Below the pieces are notes generated by a model. It searched no databases. It was not told the DNA's origin and saw only the letters and a program-made list of their open reading frames with translations. Made by a program: the position numbers and the translations under genes. DNA of 32,000 nucleotides from Synechococcus sp. A15-28 (GTDB lineage: Bacteria; Cyanobacteriota; Cyanobacteriia; PCC-6307; Cyanobiaceae): NCBI RefSeq assembly GCF_014280175.1, contig NZ_CP047931.1, forward strand, positions 1,080,001-1,112,000. The letters are read 5' to 3'. Shown here piece after piece: positions 28,332 through 32,000 of this stretch (position 1 is its first letter; every line of letters begins with the position of its first letter).

Positions 28332-29183
28332 TCACGGATCTGTGGCGACCACACCCCTGAGCAAGGCTTCGGGGCCGTTGGCTGCCAACCAGGTCCGATC
28401 TGATCGCTCCGTGCTCAGCAGATATCCCGCAAAGCCAAGGGCGTTGACGCTGTATCCATGCATCTCATCACGTGCCCGTTTGACCAAGCCCATCCAGCGA
28501 TCACTGATCAGAAGGTTGTAGGGATGCAATGGTTGCCCAACCTGCTCTGGTGAACCCAGGCCGCTCTGGAGACAGAGCTCGAGGTAGATCTCGACGAGTG
28601 CTGAACCGGACCACGTTGCAGGCAGCAGTTTGATGCGAATGCTGTTGCTGAGGCTGTCCATGGGCGTTGTTCTGTTCCCGTTGATCAAGTGGTTCTGAAA
28701 CCACGGCTCTCGGGGACAGAGTCGATCGCCGGCCTCCCTTGGCAACAGCTGCAGATGGCGATGGGGTTGGCTGGCTCCAGCCTGGGGCCCGCTGTTGAAG
28801 AACCAGAGCCCAGCTGTGTCCTGATGGACTTGGCACACCGCCGTCCAATCCAACAGCGATAACCAGCCGATCTGGGGTTGCCAGCCGCGGCTGATCAGCA
28901 ACATGTGCCCCAGTTGCACTGGATATTTGTTGAGGATCAGGACGTGCTCGTCGCCGACGCCTGTGATTTCAAGGCGCTGATCCCACGGGAGGAATGGATT
29001 GGGTTTCGGGCCGGCAGCTCTCAGGTGTCGAGGAGGGGCACCCACCAGATGGCGGATTTCAAAGCCGCTGTCTCCGCTGCCGCTCCAGGTCTCGATGTCC
29101 GTACTGAGTGGACGAAGAGCGCCGTTGCTCAGCGCTTCCTGGCTGCGATGCAGTGCCCGCTGGTGCAATCCCTCGGCGACCAT
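28332..29183 (-). CDS. ATP adenylyltransferase / Ap4A phosphorylase-like HIT-superfamily protein
   Basis: FEIRHL, NPFLPWDQRLEI, HVLILNKYPVQLGHMLLISR, LWFFNSGPQAGASQPHRHLQLLP (HxHxQ-type motif), HPYNLLIS. Confidence 0.88.
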   Translation of the reverse strand: MVAEGLHQRALHRSQEALSNGALRPLSTDIETWSGSGDSGFEIRHLVGAPPRHLRAAGPKPNPFLPWDQRLEITGVGDEHVLILNKYPVQLGHMLLISRGWQPQIGWLSLLDWTAVCQVHQDTAGLWFFNSGPQAGASQPHRHLQLLPREAGDRLCPREPWFQNHLINGNRTTPMDSLSNSIRIKLLPATWSGSALVEIYLELCLQSGLGSPEQVGQPLHPYNLLISDRWMGLVKRARDEMHGYSVNALGFAGYLLSTERSDRTWLAANGPEALLRGVVATDP

Positions 29184-29273
29184 CGCGACGCAGTTGGTCC
29201 TGAAGGGCGTGGCGATCGTAGGCGGGGGTGGCGTTGCCTTCGCTAGATGTCATGCAGTGGAACCGTTCAATCA

Positions 29274-30002
29274 ATGACGACCCATGGGGATGACGCCTGG
29301 ACGGGACTGGCACTGGTGGTTGGCACCGGTGGCATCGGCTCAGCCTTAACAGCGCAGCTGAAGCAGCAGTGCCAGGGTCTTCGGGTCATCACCGCAGGAC
29401 GGCAGGGGTCACCCGCCCAGGACCTGTGCCTCGACCTGGAACGGGATGGGGATCTTGAGGCCTTGACGGAGACCCTGCGTGCGGAGTCTGACGAGCTGCG
29501 GCTGGTGGTGAATGCCACAGGTCGACTGCACGGTCCTGGCCTTGTTCCTGAAAAGCGACTCAAGCAGGTGGGGCGCAGCGCCCTACTGGAGCAGTTCTCG
29601 ATCAATGCCATCGCCCCGGTGTTGCTCGCCCGCGCTGTGGAACCCCTGCTGCAGCGTGATCGCCCTTTTCATTTCGCCAGCCTCAGCGCACGCGTCGGCA
29701 GCATCGCTGATAACCGCAGCGGTGGTTGGTACAGCTACAGGGCGGCCAAGGCTGCTCAGAACCAGCTGCTCAAATGCCTGAGCATCGAATGGCGTCGTCG
29801 CTGGCCGCTCGCCACCGTCACGCTGCTCCATCCCGGCACAACCGACACCGACCTGTCCAAGCCGTTCCAGACCTTCGTTCCACCGGAGAAGTTGTTCACG
29901 CCACTAAGGGCCGCGGAACAGCTCGTCAACGTGCTGCTCGCTCAGGAACCGGAGGATTCAGGTGCATTCCTGGCCTGGGATGGTCAACCGATCGACTGGT
30001 GA
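29274..30002 (+). CDS. Short-chain dehydrogenase/reductase (SDR) family oxidoreductase
   Basis: LVVGTGGIGSALTAQL, VVNATGRLHGPG, NAIAPVLLARAV, FASLSARVGSIADNRSGGWYSYRAAKAAQNQLLKCL (YxxxK), LHPGTTDTDLSKPF. Confidence 0.9.
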   Translation: MTTHGDDAWTGLALVVGTGGIGSALTAQLKQQCQGLRVITAGRQGSPAQDLCLDLERDGDLEALTETLRAESDELRLVVNATGRLHGPGLVPEKRLKQVGRSALLEQFSINAIAPVLLARAVEPLLQRDRPFHFASLSARVGSIADNRSGGWYSYRAAKAAQNQLLKCLSIEWRRRWPLATVTLLHPGTTDTDLSKPFQTFVPPEKLFTPLRAAEQLVNVLLAQEPEDSGAFLAWDGQPIDW

Positions 30003-30376
30003 GCGTGTTCCTTCAGCTGATCAAGACTGACCACGCTCAGTGCCCTGTCCTCTGTGGCCTCGAGACACACCAGGGGGGCCATGCCGTCGTCGTAGGCCTG
30101 CTTCCAACGCGGCGCGCACACACACCAACGGTCACCAGGCTTCAGCCCAGGGAACTGGAAGGCCGGTACCGGGGTGGAGAGGTCGTTCCCCTGCGCTTTG
30201 CTGTAGCGAAGAAAGGCTTCGGTCATGACACAGCAGATGCTGTGCTGGCCGAGATCGCTTGGATCGGTCTGACAGGTGCCGTCGCGGTACCAGCCGGTCA
30301 TTGGTGAGCATCCGCACACCAGCAGCGGCTTCCCGAGAACGTTGAGCGGGGCTGAACGGGCTGATGTGCTGGTCAT
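29984..30376 (-). CDS. DUF2237 family protein
   Basis: NVLGKPLLVCGCSPMTGWYRDGTCQTDPSDLGQHSICCVMTEAFLRYSKAQGNDLSTPVPAFQFPGLKPGDRWCVCAPRWKQA, the characteristic DUF2237 pattern. Confidence 0.88.
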   Translation of the reverse strand: MTSTSARSAPLNVLGKPLLVCGCSPMTGWYRDGTCQTDPSDLGQHSICCVMTEAFLRYSKAQGNDLSTPVPAFQFPGLKPGDRWCVCAPRWKQAYDDGMAPLVCLEATEDRALSVVSLDQLKEHAHQSIG

Positions 30377-30487
30377 CCTGACGGAGATCACACGGGGAGT
30401 CTGCCGAAGGAGTGGCACATTTTGACGTCAGACAGTTGACGAACCCCTGGGGGAACGCGGTAAAGGTCATTCAGTTATGTCCACTCG

Positions 30488-30718
30488 ATGGATTGGGAGT
30501 TCACTGAAGACGCTGCGTTCCTGGCGCTCTGCGATGCCTTTCGCGAGAGTGGTGAAAGCTCAGCCATTGAGTTCCTGGCCAACGGTGAAGGGGCCTTCCA
30601 CTTCCAGGACCTCGCCCAGAACGCTGCCGGTGAAGGCATCGACCTCAGTGAGTCGAATGCCCTTGATGAGTTTCAGCAGAACGTGATCGACACGATGGAG
30701 AAGCTCTGTCAGGAGTGA
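30488..30718 (+). CDS. Small acidic uncharacterised protein
   Basis: 76-aa ORF MDWEFTEDAAFLALCDAFRESGESSAIEFLANGEGAFHFQDLAQNAAGEGIDLSESNALDEFQQNVIDTMEKLCQE between convergent and divergent neighbours. No domain assigned. Confidence 0.6.
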   Translation: MDWEFTEDAAFLALCDAFRESGESSAIEFLANGEGAFHFQDLAQNAAGEGIDLSESNALDEFQQNVIDTMEKLCQE

Positions 30719-30751
30719 ACCTGACAGAACCTGGTCGGCTGGATACGACGT

Positions 30752-31024
30752 TCAGCCGAAGTAGAAGGCGATTTCCTTGTCCTTCAGACCGTCCCAACCT
30801 GCATCGAGGAGCCGTTGGTTCAGGCTTGCTTGGTCGAAGTGCTTTGCGCCGGTCTTGACCACGCGGTTGCGCATGGACTTGAGCACACCGCTCCTGGCGC
30901 GCTGGCTCTCCAGGTCCATCACCTCGTTGTAGAGCTCGAGCATTGCCACTGGAATCGGTGATCCATCGAGATCAACGCCTGCCTTGATGGCGGCATCCAC
31001 GCCATCGGGTCCGGCAATCGCCAT
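30752..31024 (-). CDS. Small uncharacterised protein
   Basis: 90-aa ORF directly downstream of metH on the same strand (MAIAGPDGVDAAIKAGVDLDGSPIPVAMLELYNEVMDLESQRARSGVLKSMRNRVVKTGAKHFDQ...). Confidence 0.65.
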   Translation of the reverse strand: MAIAGPDGVDAAIKAGVDLDGSPIPVAMLELYNEVMDLESQRARSGVLKSMRNRVVKTGAKHFDQASLNQRLLDAGWDGLKDKEIAFYFG

Positions 31025-31050
31025 GGTCAGCTGAAAAAAGACGCCTCAGG

Positions 31051-32000
31051 CTATGCGCTGAAGTAGCGAGCCTTGCTGTGAAGCGCCACCAGTGCTGTGG
31101 TGCTCTGCTCAGGGGAGAGCTGATCGCTGGCGTCCATGGAGAGGCCGATGCGGTCGGCACCGAGCCAGGCCAATTGCTGACGCGAATCAGCCACGTTGGG
31201 GCAGGCGGGGTAACCGAAGGAGTAGCGACTGCCGCGGTAGCGCTGAGCCAGGACATCCCGCAGCGGCATGCCATCTGGATCAGCAAAGCCCAGCTCCCGT
31301 CGAATGCGGGCGTGGACCCATTCCGCCATCGCTTCGGCCATCTGAACCGCCAGTCCGTGGAAGTAGAGGTAATCGCTGTACTGATCGCCTTTGAACAGCT
31401 CCTGAGCCACTTCACTGGCCTTGACGCCCATGGTCACCGCCTGCATCGGCAGCACGTCCGTGGGGCGTCCGTCAGCGGTCATGTCCTGGAAGAAATCCGC
31501 AATGCAATAGCGGTTACCGGAGCGCTGACGAGGGAGGTCAAAACGGCCGAGCTCATGCTCGCCATTGGCGTCAAAAACCCTCAGGGCATTGCCGTCGCGG
31601 CCGACAGGGAAATAGCCGTAAGCCGCCCGGGGTGTGAGCAATGACTCATTCAGACAGCGCTCCATCCACTGCTGCAGGACAGGCTCAGCCTTGTCCGCCA
31701 GCATCGCCTCGTAATCCTCCCGAGACTGCTGCTGGGTCTTGCGCAGTTGCCACTGACCCGCAAACAGAGCGTTGCGATCCAGGTAGCTGAAGACCTCTTC
31801 AATGTCGACGTCAGCTTCTGTGATGACGACAGAACCCTGGAACGGGGCCTTGGGTGCCAGCTCTGCCGGCACAGCTTCGGATCGCTCCGTGGTGACCGGC
31901 AACTGAGGAGTTGCGGCCTCCTTCGGGGTCTTCGCAGCAGACGCGGAGCTCTCCGCCGATGCCGACTCACTCTCCTCATCAAGGCCGACTCCGCTGGGGG
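31051..32000 (-). CDS. metH: Cobalamin-dependent methionine synthase, C-terminal part (AdoMet activation domain); 5' end beyond window
   Basis: NALFAGQWQLRK, YGYFPV, FDLPRQRSG, ADFFQDM, FHGLAVQMAEAMAEWVHARIRREL, YRGSRYSFGYPACPN. The frame stays open to base 32000 through a Ser/Glu/Ala-rich linker. Confidence 0.93.
   Translation of the reverse strand, partial: PSGVGLDEESESASAESSASAAKTPKEAATPQLPVTTERSEAVPAELAPKAPFQGSVVITEADVDIEEVFSYLDRNALFAGQWQLRKTQQQSREDYEAMLADKAEPVLQQWMERCLNESLLTPRAAYGYFPVGRDGNALRVFDANGEHELGRFDLPRQRSGNRYCIADFFQDMTADGRPTDVLPMQAVTMGVKASEVAQELFKGDQYSDYLYFHGLAVQMAEAMAEWVHARIRRELGFADPDGMPLRDVLAQRYRGSRYSFGYPACPNVADSRQQLAWLGADRIGLSMDASDQLSPEQSTTALVALHSKARYFSA

Noticed and set aside
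1-32000. CRISPR, toxin-antitoxin, phage, transposon or defence system
   Set aside because: No direct repeat array, integrase, transposase, attachment-site duplication or defence gene motif was seen. The gene content is housekeeping.

Overview
The window is an ordinary, gene-dense core-genome stretch of a marine Synechococcus-like cyanobacterium. This is inferred from apcD (allophycocyanin-B), ycf20/DUF565, pxcA/cemA-like, psb32-like, CCB2/CCB4-like and UPF0182 genes and the high GC content. Recognisable genes are glycerate kinase, rpmF (missing from the supplied ORF track), ftsH, a 2-Cys peroxiredoxin, tRNA-Met, a LysM/M23 peptidase, trmL, cobU, pxcA, a TPM-domain protein, a TerB-like protein, lptC-like, metG, an FAD oxidoreductase, an RNase II/R-family gene, rpsR, rpmG, pheT, rlmD, apcD, an RHH-like/J-domain fusion, a DUF3370 protein, a broken sigma-70 gene, an Ap4A phosphorylase-like gene, an SDR, DUF2237 and the 3' part of metH. 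I see no CRISPR array, phage, transposon, defence island or obvious novel multi-gene system. The items most worth checking are: (1) a sigma-70 gene carrying both an apparent frameshift and an in-frame stop (27623-28257); (2) an unusually long, hairpin-containing spacer between the convergent genes apcD and dnaJ-like (24116-24704), where most other convergent pairs here overlap; (3) a J-domain protein with an N-terminal ribbon-helix-helix-like segment next to a DUF3370 secreted protein; (4) an FtsH that appears to lack its first transmembrane helix; and (5) a 33-aa small ORF with a good ribosome-binding site. All product names come from motif recognition by eye; no database search was run.
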